A stretch of DNA of 20,000 nt from an uncultured virus (IMG/VR IMGVR_UViG_3300031787_008284) (taxonomy: Duplodnaviria > Heunggongvirae > Uroviricota > Caudoviricetes): IMG/VR virus record IMGVR_UViG_3300031787_008284. One strand, written 5' to 3'. The notes under the pieces were generated by a model. That model ran no database searches. It saw nothing but the letters and a program-made list of their open reading frames with translations, and was not told the origin of the DNA. Made by a program: the position numbers and the translations under genes. Positions 1 to 9,193 of this stretch are shown here, piece by piece. Each line of letters opens with the position of its first letter. The first letter of the stretch is position 1.

Positions 1-210
1 GTTTCTCCAATAGCGGTAGAGATCCATATAAGCAAATGCTATACAATCTTCTCTATCAGCAGGATCGCGATATGTAAGCTTGGTTGAACATTTATCTGCT
101 AATAACATTAAGAACTCTAAAGCCTTTGGTGTTAATTCATCGAGTTCTTTTGATTTACGTATTTCGTCTAAAAGATCTCTATTATTTAAGTAATTCCTTT
201 TTCTAGGCAT
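1..210 (-). CDS. T4 gp55-like late-transcription sigma factor (5' part, runs off the window)
   Basis: Not in the ORF track. Manual translation from ATG at 210: MPRKRNYLNNRDLLDEIRKSKELDELTPKALEFLMLLADKCSTKLTYRDPADREDCIAFAYMDLYRYWRN. YLNN.DLL, MLLA and the RED.I...W.N segment resemble gp55 (YVNNKELL...MLIA...EMI...HNF). Confidence 0.8.
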   Translation of the reverse strand, partial: MPRKRNYLNNRDLLDEIRKSKELDELTPKALEFLMLLADKCSTKLTYRDPADREDCIAFAYMDLYRYWRN

Positions 211-228
211 AACCTGAACTGTTTTTTT

Positions 229-255
229 ATTATATGCAAAAAAAGCCGACAGTTT
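229..255 (-). promoter_or_regulatory. Putative phage promoter AAAC-N17-TATAAT upstream of gp55-like gene
   Basis: AAAC at 255-252, 17-nt spacer, TATAAT at 234-229. The same architecture recurs at five other gene starts. Confidence 0.6.
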
Positions 256-270
256 ACCTGTCAGCTTTTT
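238..270 (-). terminator. Intrinsic terminator after the large unknown gene
   Basis: Minus-strand RNA AAAAAGCUGACAG-GUAAA-CUGUCGGCUUUUUUU: stem with one G-U pair followed by U7. Confidence 0.75.
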
Positions 271-286
271 ATATAAAGGTTAGCGA

Positions 287-2116
287 TTAAATTTCAACCT
301 TAAGGCTTGCCTTCTTTACGATTTTAGATTTATCGGTTTCAGGGACGATGATATTAAGTAAATCAGTATCACCTAAAGAAGTATATTCTTCTGCATTAAC
401 AAAAACAGTTTGACCTTTCTTTAATCCATTTACGTTATCTTGAACTTTTGCTTCAACATAACCGTCGTTTAGATATTGGTCTTTACTTTTTTTTTCAACT
501 ATAGAATAAGTTTCTTGAAGTTCTTTTTCAAACTTAATGATTTCGGTATTGATTAATTTTAATGCTTCCTGTAATTCTTCAGAATCTCCTAATGATTTGA
601 TTGCTTCAGATACCTTATTCTTCTTCTCTTCTAAGAAAGAAATTTTATCATTGATTTCATTTCTCTTTTTATCAGCAACTGCTTTTTGATTACCTTCAGC
701 CACTAATCTTTCAGAAAGAATAGATGATGCATCATAATTAATGAATTCTTTAATCATCTTAACAGCTTCAGTTGCAGATGAATAGAATTTCATTTCATTT
801 ACCTGCATTCCAAAGTTAACTTTATTAACCCATACACCTTCCTCAACAGCAATTACAGTTAAGAAAAGATTTAAGAATTCAGTAGAAGTAATTCCAGTGA
901 AATTATCCATTTCATGTAAAAGATCTACATTCTCAAAGAATTTACATACAGTATCAGATTTCCACTGATCTCTATAACCAAAGAATCTTGTTGCAATAAG
1001 GGATTCCTTTAATTCTACGATACTTGCATTGGTAAGATCTACTCCACCTAAGCTTAATGTACCTTCAGTAAGGTTATATTCTAAAGTTTTTCCATTTTCA
1101 GAAAAAGTAACTAATGAATTACCGTCAAGTTTAAACATTTTAATACCTTCTAAAACATCAAAGAAACGAGAATCAGTTACTTCAGTTTCAGAAATCTTAC
1201 CTTCGGTAAAGATATAGTTCTTACCATGTAAGTGGAATGTTAATCCTTCTTCAGACTCCAACACGGGTGAAAGAATTTTAGAAACCTTACCACCATGATT
1301 TGAATAGGCCTTTTGCTCAGAGGAAGCCATTTCGTTTAGAATGTTTTTACATTCAGCAGACCATGGGTTCTTTGCAGCAATAATAGCAAATTTAGATTTA
1401 ATGTCTTCAGAAGATTCTTTTAAAAGAATTTCAAATTGATTGGTTAGACTTTCGTATAGTTTACCTTTTTGTGAATTTGATCTATCGATTGCTTCAGCAA
1501 TTCTAAATGACCATTTAGAAGAATCATATGCAGCCATGATATAGCTTCTTAATTCTCTAACTGGGTTTAACCATTCAGATGCAGCAAGATCTCTGTGAAG
1601 ATTTTTTGCAATCTTAAATTTAAGAGCGGGGTTTACGTTGTTTTCAATATCTTCACTAATTATTGAAATATCTCCGCTAGAGAATCTCATTGGAAAATTA
1701 CCTAAAGAATTTTCTAAAATGTTAAGTGCATTTTTTGCGGAATAAGATACTCGTGATTGATCTTCTCCCATCGTATTTAATGCATTAATGGCTTTCATAA
1801 CGTTTTCATACAAGCCTGCAAGTGTAAATTTCATATTATTATGATTTTTTTGATTGTTTTCGGTTGTGAATGTTTGAGCAGCGGCTTTATATGCATTAAT
1901 ACCAGATAATGCTAATTGTTGTGGAGTACCCATTCCTACAAGAATAGCTAAAACTTGACTATCTGATTTACCACTTTTATAAAATGCGGTAATAAGATCA
2001 ATCAATTGCTTTGGGGGATTATTTAGATACGGAGCATCAGTGTTTACACCATATTGAGGCTCAATAGTACCATTCGCATAGACTTGAGTTTGTCCTTCAT
2101 TAACTGCTTTACTCAT
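287..2116 (-). CDS. Large hypothetical protein, possibly virion-associated; C-terminal coiled coil plus small beta domain
   Basis: Long ORF. Start moved from 2185 to the ATG at 2116 (MSKAVNE), which removes the overlap with the upstream gene and follows an A-rich leader. No recognisable catalytic motif. Confidence 0.6.
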   Translation of the reverse strand: MSKAVNEGQTQVYANGTIEPQYGVNTDAPYLNNPPKQLIDLITAFYKSGKSDSQVLAILVGMGTPQQLALSGINAYKAAAQTFTTENNQKNHNNMKFTLAGLYENVMKAINALNTMGEDQSRVSYSAKNALNILENSLGNFPMRFSSGDISIISEDIENNVNPALKFKIAKNLHRDLAASEWLNPVRELRSYIMAAYDSSKWSFRIAEAIDRSNSQKGKLYESLTNQFEILLKESSEDIKSKFAIIAAKNPWSAECKNILNEMASSEQKAYSNHGGKVSKILSPVLESEEGLTFHLHGKNYIFTEGKISETEVTDSRFFDVLEGIKMFKLDGNSLVTFSENGKTLEYNLTEGTLSLGGVDLTNASIVELKESLIATRFFGYRDQWKSDTVCKFFENVDLLHEMDNFTGITSTEFLNLFLTVIAVEEGVWVNKVNFGMQVNEMKFYSSATEAVKMIKEFINYDASSILSERLVAEGNQKAVADKKRNEINDKISFLEEKKNKVSEAIKSLGDSEELQEALKLINTEIIKFEKELQETYSIVEKKSKDQYLNDGYVEAKVQDNVNGLKKGQTVFVNAEEYTSLGDTDLLNIIVPETDKSKIVKKASLKVEI

Positions 2117-2137
2117 ATTTGATGATTTTATTTGTTT

Positions 2138-2145
2138 TATATATT
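2138..2145 (-). promoter_or_regulatory. Possible late promoter AATATATA (T4 TATAAATA-like)
   Basis: Lies 21 nt upstream of ATG 2116. A similar AATAAATA lies at the same distance before the gp15-like gene. Confidence 0.35.
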
Positions 2146-2162
2146 CTAAGATCCTAAAGTTA

Positions 2163-3143
2163 TTATCCTTCGTCATCTTCTGCATTTCTGTATTCTTTAC
2201 TCTCTGGTGCCTCTAAATCATCATATTTTTTAGCATCAAAGTCAAAGTTGGCAGAAGTCGTTTCAGTTTCTATATAAGGTCCTCCACGATTAATATCAGA
2301 AGGATTAACATACTGCTTATTGGATAATACATTTTCTGGAGCAATCTTTGCAATGTTATCAATTGTGTATTCAAATTTCTGGAATACACCACCAAATGAT
2401 ATTCCAATATCTCCATTTGGTCCAGTTCTAAATAGACCAACACCTTCGGCATCAGGGTTACTCTGAATTGAATCTCTGGCTATTAGATCAACCTCTGATA
2501 AGAGAACACCATTTTCAAAACATGGCATAAATGATTTAACTTCCAAATCAAAGGTTACATTAAATTCTTTCTTATCGTTAAGGGCAAATTCAAAGAGACG
2601 ATCTTGGCTATAGTCTTCAGGAACTGACATACCAGCCTGAACTCTTGTCATACCTAAATCAACACTATAAAGAGTTGTCTTATAGAGTTTTGATAAAATT
2701 GATTCGGTAACCTTTAACATTTCAAGATTATTGGAACAAACAACAGTTACTCCAAATGTCATAGTAAGAGGTAAAAAGTTTGTCTCTAGTGAAAATCTTT
2801 TTAAGACGCCGTTCCACTCTCTGACAAATTCACCTCTAATAAATTTATTTGTCTGGGCGCCTGAATCAATTGAAAGAGAATTTAATTGAAGTACACCTCT
2901 TGGTACAACTTCATAATCTCCTATAGCTTTACCTTCTGCAATAGCATCATATAAGAAGTTATCTGCCAGAAACCGATCATCACCCGTAACAGAATAATAG
3001 AAAGGTACATTTACCTTTTGTACAGTATCCTCATCAATCTGATTATAATAGTAAACTTTATTTCTTAATTCAGCAAGAGTAGCTACAGTTACATATCGTA
3101 ATATTGTGTTGTCTTTATTAAATTCCTGGTTATAAGCAGACAT
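2163..3143 (-). CDS. T4 gp15-like tail sheath stabiliser / tail terminator
   Basis: Pattern LRY...VNVPFYY...VPRGVLQL...TN...PLTMTFGVTV...MLKVTESIL parallels gp15 (RRY...IRVPITY...LPRINLHL...KTN...PIKMIYELSI...MFQIVEQIL). Confidence 0.7.
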   Translation of the reverse strand: MSAYNQEFNKDNTILRYVTVATLAELRNKVYYYNQIDEDTVQKVNVPFYYSVTGDDRFLADNFLYDAIAEGKAIGDYEVVPRGVLQLNSLSIDSGAQTNKFIRGEFVREWNGVLKRFSLETNFLPLTMTFGVTVVCSNNLEMLKVTESILSKLYKTTLYSVDLGMTRVQAGMSVPEDYSQDRLFEFALNDKKEFNVTFDLEVKSFMPCFENGVLLSEVDLIARDSIQSNPDAEGVGLFRTGPNGDIGISFGGVFQKFEYTIDNIAKIAPENVLSNKQYVNPSDINRGGPYIETETTSANFDFDAKKYDDLEAPESKEYRNAEDDEG

Positions 3144-3164
3144 TTAGTAGTGATTATTTACTAT

Positions 3165-3172
3165 TATTTATT
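3165..3172 (-). promoter_or_regulatory. Possible late promoter AATAAATA
   Basis: One mismatch from the T4 late consensus TATAAATA, 21 nt upstream of a structural gene start. Confidence 0.35.
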
Positions 3173-4835
3173 TAATGCTTTCAATTGTAAACTCAGAAAA
3201 GCCGCCATCCTTTGTAATTTCCAACTTCTTATCAAAATATTCACTTGGCAGGACGGTATGATTAATAACAAATGTGTTTAACCCAATCTCTTGTATCGTT
3301 TCATGAAGAATATTTACGATATGATAAACACCATCAGCATCAATTGAAGAAAAGATTTCATCCAGGAATAAGATGTTAAGACTAGAGAATCTAACCTTAA
3401 TCATTTTAATTAAAGCCATGATAATTACAAAATCAACTTTTTTCTTTTCTCCAGTACTTAAGGTTTTAGGACTAATCTCCTGACCTAAATGATGGATAGT
3501 ACAATTAAATTTATCGTCAAAACGGATCCCAAACGGTATACCCATTTCCTTTGCCATAACAAGGATATTATTGTTAAAGGATGGTAGAATGGACCTAACT
3601 GCCAAGTTTTTAATTCCATCATCACCCATAAGAGTTTCAAGAATACTTAAGTAATAGTCTTCGCCTTCGCTCTTAAGTTTTACCTGACCCTTTTCTTCTT
3701 TCTTTTCCTTAAATTCTTTTATAAGTTCTTTAAGATGCCCAGAAGATGAATCATCCTTTTCGGCTAATTCAATAATCTCATTCTTTAAGGTATTCATTTG
3801 GGATTCCAATTGACCAACCTTTACATGGATTTGTCTACCCTGTTCCCTGAGTGTGGTTAAAGAATCATCAATTTTTGCAACCTCATCTTGTATCTTTTGA
3901 TACTTAGCATTTAATGTTTCTAAAAGATCCTGCTTTTCCTTTTTAATATGTTGATGAAATTCTGAATCAAGAGGAGAGTTACATGTTGGGCATGTATTAT
4001 TTTCATAAAGCTCTAATCCTTTTTTAACCGCATTAATCTCAGATTTTAATTCAGTTTCTTTTGAAGATTTAGTTTTATATTTTTTATCGTTTTCATCAAT
4101 TCTTACCTTGGTCTTATCATTGGCATCCTTTAGTTTCTTTCTCATTTCATTAAGAGAAACTAATTTCTTTTTAAGTTCAGCTACTTTATTGGCATCTTTT
4201 TCTTTTGATGCTTCTTCGTATTGTTCTATTTTAAGTAAGACAGATTGGATAGATTCTTCAAGTGTTCTGATTTCATCATCAAAGGTTCTAATTTCATCTA
4301 TGATTAACTTTCTCTTATTCTTTACCAATTCTCTCATCTGATTGATTACAGAGAAACCAAATATCCTATCAATGATCTGTTTCTTATCAAATGGAGACAT
4401 TGTAATAAAAGACTTAAAATCATTTACAGATAAGATGATAACATTCTTAAATACATGATAAGGAATTTCATAAATCTCGGATTCTAAAAACTCTTGTAAA
4501 TTGGACTTACCTGCAACATCATATTCGGTTCCATTTATTGAAACATTAAATATTCCTGGAGATACTCCTCTTTCAATCTCAATTTGATTTCCTTTACTTT
4601 CAATCCAGATTTTTCCCCAAAGATTTCCGTTAACACGATTAGGAAGGTCTTTAAGATTTGCCCCTTCAACTCTACCATAACATAGATAGGTAATTACTTT
4701 GGCTAAGGTACTCTTTCCAGCACCGTTACCGCCTAATACTAGATAAAGATCGCTTTGTTCTTTATCAAATTCAATTACCTGCTTTCTATTACCGTAACTT
4801 GCAAAATTCTTAAACTCTACTTTATTAATCCTCAT
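3168..4835 (-). CDS. gp46/Rad50/SbcC-like recombination ATPase
   Basis: Walker A GGNGAGKST, long coiled coil with CPTC zinc hook, signature LSTGEKK, Walker B LFLDE, D-loop SSID, H-loop INH. Confidence 0.95.
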   Translation of the reverse strand: MRINKVEFKNFASYGNRKQVIEFDKEQSDLYLVLGGNGAGKSTLAKVITYLCYGRVEGANLKDLPNRVNGNLWGKIWIESKGNQIEIERGVSPGIFNVSINGTEYDVAGKSNLQEFLESEIYEIPYHVFKNVIILSVNDFKSFITMSPFDKKQIIDRIFGFSVINQMRELVKNKRKLIIDEIRTFDDEIRTLEESIQSVLLKIEQYEEASKEKDANKVAELKKKLVSLNEMRKKLKDANDKTKVRIDENDKKYKTKSSKETELKSEINAVKKGLELYENNTCPTCNSPLDSEFHQHIKKEKQDLLETLNAKYQKIQDEVAKIDDSLTTLREQGRQIHVKVGQLESQMNTLKNEIIELAEKDDSSSGHLKELIKEFKEKKEEKGQVKLKSEGEDYYLSILETLMGDDGIKNLAVRSILPSFNNNILVMAKEMGIPFGIRFDDKFNCTIHHLGQEISPKTLSTGEKKKVDFVIIMALIKMIKVRFSSLNILFLDEIFSSIDADGVYHIVNILHETIQEIGLNTFVINHTVLPSEYFDKKLEITKDGGFSEFTIESIK

Positions 4836-5913
4836 AAGAAGGTGCTAATGTTTGTTTATACAATTCAGATACTGACTTAATAAGTCTTTCTTTTAGGTCA
4901 TCATCATAACCTAAACCATTTATAAAGTCAGCAGCAATTGTCATTAAATTAAATTCTCCATTAAAGTCAGAAGACTGTACATCGTCATCTAATTCGATTG
5001 GATTTTCTTCATCGTATATCTTAGGTTCTAGATTCTTGGCATATCCATCCATAAAATCCATAAACTTATTAATATTATACTTACCTAGAACGTTGGATGG
5101 AATATTAATATCAACAAAATTATCTTTAATTTCATTAAGTATATCCTCCATACGCCTCTCTAGAATATCATTTATATAATACCGAATAAAGATAGGTGAT
5201 CTCTCATTCTGGATAAATTCATGATTACCAGTCTTAAGATCTAGTAGATATATTCCTTTAATATTTCCACGGTCGGATCTTGTCATTTGATATGGATTAC
5301 CTACCAAAATAAAGTTTTCTTTTTCTTGACGATAATGAATATGACCAGAATAAACCCTCTTAAATCTTTTAAATGTACTTAGATCATTTCCACCTTCGTG
5401 GAGATGTTTTGTGCTAGGGCTAGTTTGTACCCCTTGGGTTTCCGTATGACAAAACATATAATCAATCTTCTTCTTAATTGAAGATAGAGTTTCTTTTTCA
5501 TGTTCAGCATTTCTACGCCAAGGCATTAGAAGACAAGTAGCACCGTCATATTCCAAAATCTTAGGTTCTTTATGTACAGTAACATTAGGAATATACTTAA
5601 GGCAATCAACAGAAGATATATCATTTGAATTCTTTCTCATGATATCATGATTACCAACTATGATATGTATTTCTGGGAATATTTTTGAGAGTTCTTCAAA
5701 AACTCGTATGCCTAAATCTTGAGCAGCTAGGTTTAAACTTTGGCGGTTATCAAATACATCACCTAAGTGAAAAAGAACATCGCCCTGTTTATACTCTTTC
5801 TTTACAAGAGGAATAAAAAAGTTAAAGAAATAATCTTCAATGATACCAAGCCACAGAACAGAATTAGATCTGCAGCCAAGGTGTGTATCACTTATCATCC
5901 AAACTCTACTCAT
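4825..5913 (-). CDS. gp47/Mre11/SbcD-like recombination nuclease
   Basis: Metallophosphoesterase motifs SDTHLG, GDVFDNR, GNHD, CHTE, SGHIH; adjacent to the Rad50-like gene. Confidence 0.95.
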   Translation of the reverse strand: MSRVWMISDTHLGCRSNSVLWLGIIEDYFFNFFIPLVKKEYKQGDVLFHLGDVFDNRQSLNLAAQDLGIRVFEELSKIFPEIHIIVGNHDIMRKNSNDISSVDCLKYIPNVTVHKEPKILEYDGATCLLMPWRRNAEHEKETLSSIKKKIDYMFCHTETQGVQTSPSTKHLHEGGNDLSTFKRFKRVYSGHIHYRQEKENFILVGNPYQMTRSDRGNIKGIYLLDLKTGNHEFIQNERSPIFIRYYINDILERRMEDILNEIKDNFVDINIPSNVLGKYNINKFMDFMDGYAKNLEPKIYDEENPIELDDDVQSSDFNGEFNLMTIAADFINGLGYDDDLKERLIKSVSELYKQTLAPSYED

Positions 5914-5914
5914 A

Positions 5915-6349
5915 TTAAAATAATTTTCTTATCTTTCGTTTTTCTAAAATATTATACTTATCATCAAGTTCCTTAATTAATTCATCCTTGAATTTATTTG
6001 ATAATGAGTTATAGAACTTATTAGGAAAAACATCAAAGTAATCTGATATAACACTAAATAGATCAACTCTGGTATATGAAGTACCTAAATGTTCAATGAT
6101 ATGAAAATAGATCTTATTAATCTGAACCTTATTAAGTTTCTTAATTACGCCATCTTTAGTTACCATATTAAGATGTTCGAATTCACTACCACGAATTAAG
6201 GAATCCACTTTTGAAAATAGCATATTATAATGCATCTTATCATCAGGGTCCATGTTATCACCATAGGTATTAGAAACATTAAATGTTATCTTATTTTCAG
6301 ACGGATCCTGTTCGCCGTATGAATTATTGAAAATCTTGTCGTGTTGCAT
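5915..6349 (-). CDS. Probable gp33-like late-transcription coactivator
   Basis: C-terminal DLFSVISDYFDV...NSLSNKFKDELIKEL...NILEKRKIRKLF resembles the gp33 core and basic/hydrophobic tail of T4-like phages. A gp55-like gene is in the same window. Confidence 0.5.
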   Translation of the reverse strand: MQHDKIFNNSYGEQDPSENKITFNVSNTYGDNMDPDDKMHYNMLFSKVDSLIRGSEFEHLNMVTKDGVIKKLNKVQINKIYFHIIEHLGTSYTRVDLFSVISDYFDVFPNKFYNSLSNKFKDELIKELDDKYNILEKRKIRKLF

Positions 6350-6354
6350 AAATG

Positions 6355-7641
6355 TTAATGTGTTATATCATCAGTTTCGGTAAGGCGCATGTTATCATAG
6401 TTTATATTAAATCTGCATCGGCTGCCTTTTCCTTGACCATCACGAATTTTTAGAACCTTTAACCAATACTCACGATTTGCATGCATCATACTATCTTGAA
6501 TAAGAGCATACATTACATCGGCGGTATGGGCAAGACCTGCAGATTCAGCAATGTTTTCCATTTTAATTTCAGTTGAATCCCAGGCACCACGATTAAGCTG
6601 TGTTGCAGAGATTACTAACATATCTCTCTTTACTGCCAATGCCCTAAGATCTTCAGCGATTTGCTTAATCTTCATATAGGTATTTTCAGTATTAGGATTG
6701 CGATAGTTAGATAAAATGTTAATGTAGTCAACTACCAAAACATTAACTTTATGATCTTGTGATTCTTGTAATTCTTTAAGATAGGCTTCTATATCAAGAA
6801 CAGAACCTTGTGATGTTGGAAATTCCTTAATAAAAAGTTTTCCTGGTGGTAATAAACCGCGAGATATCTTTTCTAATCGGCGTTTCATAAAATCACGATT
6901 AACTGATTTTTGATCATACTCCATCATAGGAATATCTAAAAGGTTAGCACCAATTCTTTTAAGAACTTTTTGTGCAGACATTTCAGCAGTAATGAATACT
7001 ACATTATGACCCATCCTTACAAAGTTAGCAGCATCATTTGCCAACCAAATAGACTTACCTACGTTTTGTTCACCTGCATATATTACTAATGATTTAGGAT
7101 CATAACCACCACCTGATACATTATCAATAAAAGTCCAACCTGTTTCTAGTTTCTTATTCTTTCGCTGTATGTGATGTTCAGGATTAAAGAAGTCTAAACC
7201 TATATCAGAATCAAAACTTAATGAACCTTCTCCTGATATCATACCAATTGCTCTGGTTACAATATCTTCAACATTATCAGGTGATACATCTTGTGTTTTT
7301 ACATATTCAATTGTTTTAACCAATTGCTTATCAAAATGTTTCCATTTAATCCATGATTCACTGGTTCTTTTTATCCAATCCTGATCATACTCATTAATGT
7401 TTATTGAATAAACCGCAGAAACGATTTCATCGGAAATTTCATTAGGATCATCTTTAACTAAAGCTTTCATTTGATCCTTTGATGGACTTTCTCCAAATTT
7501 GGTATGAAAATCTTTTGCTAATTTTGCAAGATGATCTACATCACTATTAGAAAAGAAACCTGGTTTTACCGACTTAAGGTAATGAGGCTTATTTATAAAA
7601 TAGTTAAAGAATATTTTTTCGTGATCTACGCCTGAATACAT
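6355..7641 (-). CDS. gp41/DnaB-like replicative helicase
   Basis: Walker A AGEQNVGKS, ITAEMS, IKEFPT, VVDYINI, IAEDLRALA, SATQLNR, AESAGL, LKIRDG. Confidence 0.95.
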   Translation of the reverse strand: MYSGVDHEKIFFNYFINKPHYLKSVKPGFFSNSDVDHLAKLAKDFHTKFGESPSKDQMKALVKDDPNEISDEIVSAVYSININEYDQDWIKRTSESWIKWKHFDKQLVKTIEYVKTQDVSPDNVEDIVTRAIGMISGEGSLSFDSDIGLDFFNPEHHIQRKNKKLETGWTFIDNVSGGGYDPKSLVIYAGEQNVGKSIWLANDAANFVRMGHNVVFITAEMSAQKVLKRIGANLLDIPMMEYDQKSVNRDFMKRRLEKISRGLLPPGKLFIKEFPTSQGSVLDIEAYLKELQESQDHKVNVLVVDYINILSNYRNPNTENTYMKIKQIAEDLRALAVKRDMLVISATQLNRGAWDSTEIKMENIAESAGLAHTADVMYALIQDSMMHANREYWLKVLKIRDGQGKGSRCRFNINYDNMRLTETDDITH

Positions 7642-7648
7642 GTTTATT

Positions 7649-7675
7649 TTTTTATGAAAATAGTTGACTTAGTTT
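7649..7675 (-). promoter_or_regulatory. Putative promoter AAAC-N17-TAAAAA (degenerate copy)
   Basis: AAAC at 7675-7672, 17-nt spacer, TAAAAA at 7654-7649, just upstream of the helicase ATG. Confidence 0.4.
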
Positions 7676-7974
7676 TATTCATAAGGATTTTTAAGTACCT
7701 CGTATGTTACATATGCCGAGGTGGAATTAACTTCTCCTAAAATTTTATCTGCAACTAATCTCTCTATTATAGTGGAGGTCTGTTCTTCGGTTAAACTGTA
7801 TTTCTTTTGTAAAGAAACATTAGTGAATTTAATCTCCTTTGCAACTTTACCACAATAATCTCTAATTAATTCAAAGATTACATCTTCAGGATCGGGATAT
7901 CCTGATAATGCCGTGTGATTGCCTAATACATACTTAACCTTAAGTTTAGCAGTATTAAGCGTTTTCTTCAGCAT
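7675..7974 (-). CDS. Small hypothetical protein, possible winged helix
   Basis: 99 aa ORF packed between uvsX and helicase. The C-terminal half (SLQKKYSLTEEQTSTIIERLVADKILGEV...TYEV) has a helix-turn-helix plus beta-hairpin pattern. Confidence 0.6.
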   Translation of the reverse strand: MLKKTLNTAKLKVKYVLGNHTALSGYPDPEDVIFELIRDYCGKVAKEIKFTNVSLQKKYSLTEEQTSTIIERLVADKILGEVNSTSAYVTYEVLKNPYE

Positions 7975-9154
7975 GTTCAGAAAGAATTTCAGTTAGGTTA
8001 CCAAGATCTACATCATCAGTTCCATAACAGAACTTAGCATTAACAATAGGTTCTAAACGATCAAGAACATCTTGTGTGATTACTCTAGGCGTAAATAATT
8101 CATTTAGTTCAACTAGGTCATTAAGATGGGCAACTGCTAATTTACGAGCGGTTGCTGAAGGTTGAAAATAAACGGTTACTTCTTTACCGTCTCTGTTATA
8201 AATATGTTGACGACATTCAGTTTTACCTGCTTCAGTTAGTTTTTCATATTGACCTTCTGTAATGAATCTTCCTTTTTCAATACCGCAATTATCCCAACTA
8301 ATATATTCCTCTAATCCAATATAAGGATTCATTCCTTTACTAAATGAAATGTGGAATTTAATTGGAGAAGGTTTTGCAAAACGGTTCTTATTAGGTTTAG
8401 CAGTTACAACAATACCAGTTTGTTCTGTACCTTCTTTAAGTTTTGCCTTACCTAAGAAAAGAATGATTGATGCAGCATATTCCGGACCGGTACCACCACC
8501 TGAAACCGTTTGTGAAAATAGGTCTTGTGTTTGGTATGTGTGGTTAGTGAATAAGAAAGGAATCTTACAGATACCTAATTTAGTCATAAGAATACGAAAT
8601 GCAGATTTCAATAATTTAGCACGGGTCATATCTGCTTTATCAGATCCACTCTTGGCATCATCAATTTCTTTTTGTGTAGCAAGGTTACCGGCAGAATCCA
8701 ATGCAATAAGAATCTTTGGTAATTCTACTCCTTTACTTTTTTGTTCAATTAATAGGTCAGTTAATGCAGTTACCGAACTTCTAAATTCTTGAACAGTATT
8801 ACACGGTTCATAGCGGAATTTTGAAGGATCAATTCCAAACTTTTCAACTAGGTCACGATCTACTGCATTTTCAGAATCGTAAAATACAATACTATAACCC
8901 ATAAGTTGAGCCTGTTTAATTGCATTAAGAAGAAGGAATGTTTTTCCAGTTCCTGATGGTCCGGCTAATGCAACTGCTCTGTTATTAGGATATCCGCCAC
9001 TAAAGGAGCCGGTTAAACATGCATTAAGATTAAAATTGCCAGTTGGGATGAAGTGATCAATTTCTGATACTGTTGATTTATCAAGAGTGTCTCCATACTG
9101 AGAGTGTTTTGACATTTCCTTGTTTAAATCGTCGAATGAAAATTCTTTACTCAT
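7955..9154 (-). CDS. uvsX: UvsX/RecA-like recombinase
   Basis: Walker A GPSGTGKT, YDSE, Walker B IALDSAGNL, ADMTRAK, FTNHTY, SGGGTGPEYAASII, KNRF. Confidence 0.93.
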   Translation of the reverse strand: MSKEFSFDDLNKEMSKHSQYGDTLDKSTVSEIDHFIPTGNFNLNACLTGSFSGGYPNNRAVALAGPSGTGKTFLLLNAIKQAQLMGYSIVFYDSENAVDRDLVEKFGIDPSKFRYEPCNTVQEFRSSVTALTDLLIEQKSKGVELPKILIALDSAGNLATQKEIDDAKSGSDKADMTRAKLLKSAFRILMTKLGICKIPFLFTNHTYQTQDLFSQTVSGGGTGPEYAASIILFLGKAKLKEGTEQTGIVVTAKPNKNRFAKPSPIKFHISFSKGMNPYIGLEEYISWDNCGIEKGRFITEGQYEKLTEAGKTECRQHIYNRDGKEVTVYFQPSATARKLAVAHLNDLVELNELFTPRVITQDVLDRLEPIVNAKFCYGTDDVDLGNLTEILSEHAEENA

Positions 9155-9165
9155 ATTCTTTTATT

Positions 9166-9193
9166 TTTATATGCAAATTACTTACTATTGTTT
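9166..9193 (-). promoter_or_regulatory. Putative promoter AAAC-N18-TATAAA upstream of uvsX
   Basis: AAAC at 9193-9190, 18-nt spacer, TATAAA at 9171-9166. Confidence 0.5.

Noticed and set aside
2117..2185. N-terminal extension MQKMTKD... of the 632-aa ORF
   Set aside because: It overlaps the upstream gene and spans an AT-rich leader with a promoter-like motif; ATG 2116 is the more plausible start.
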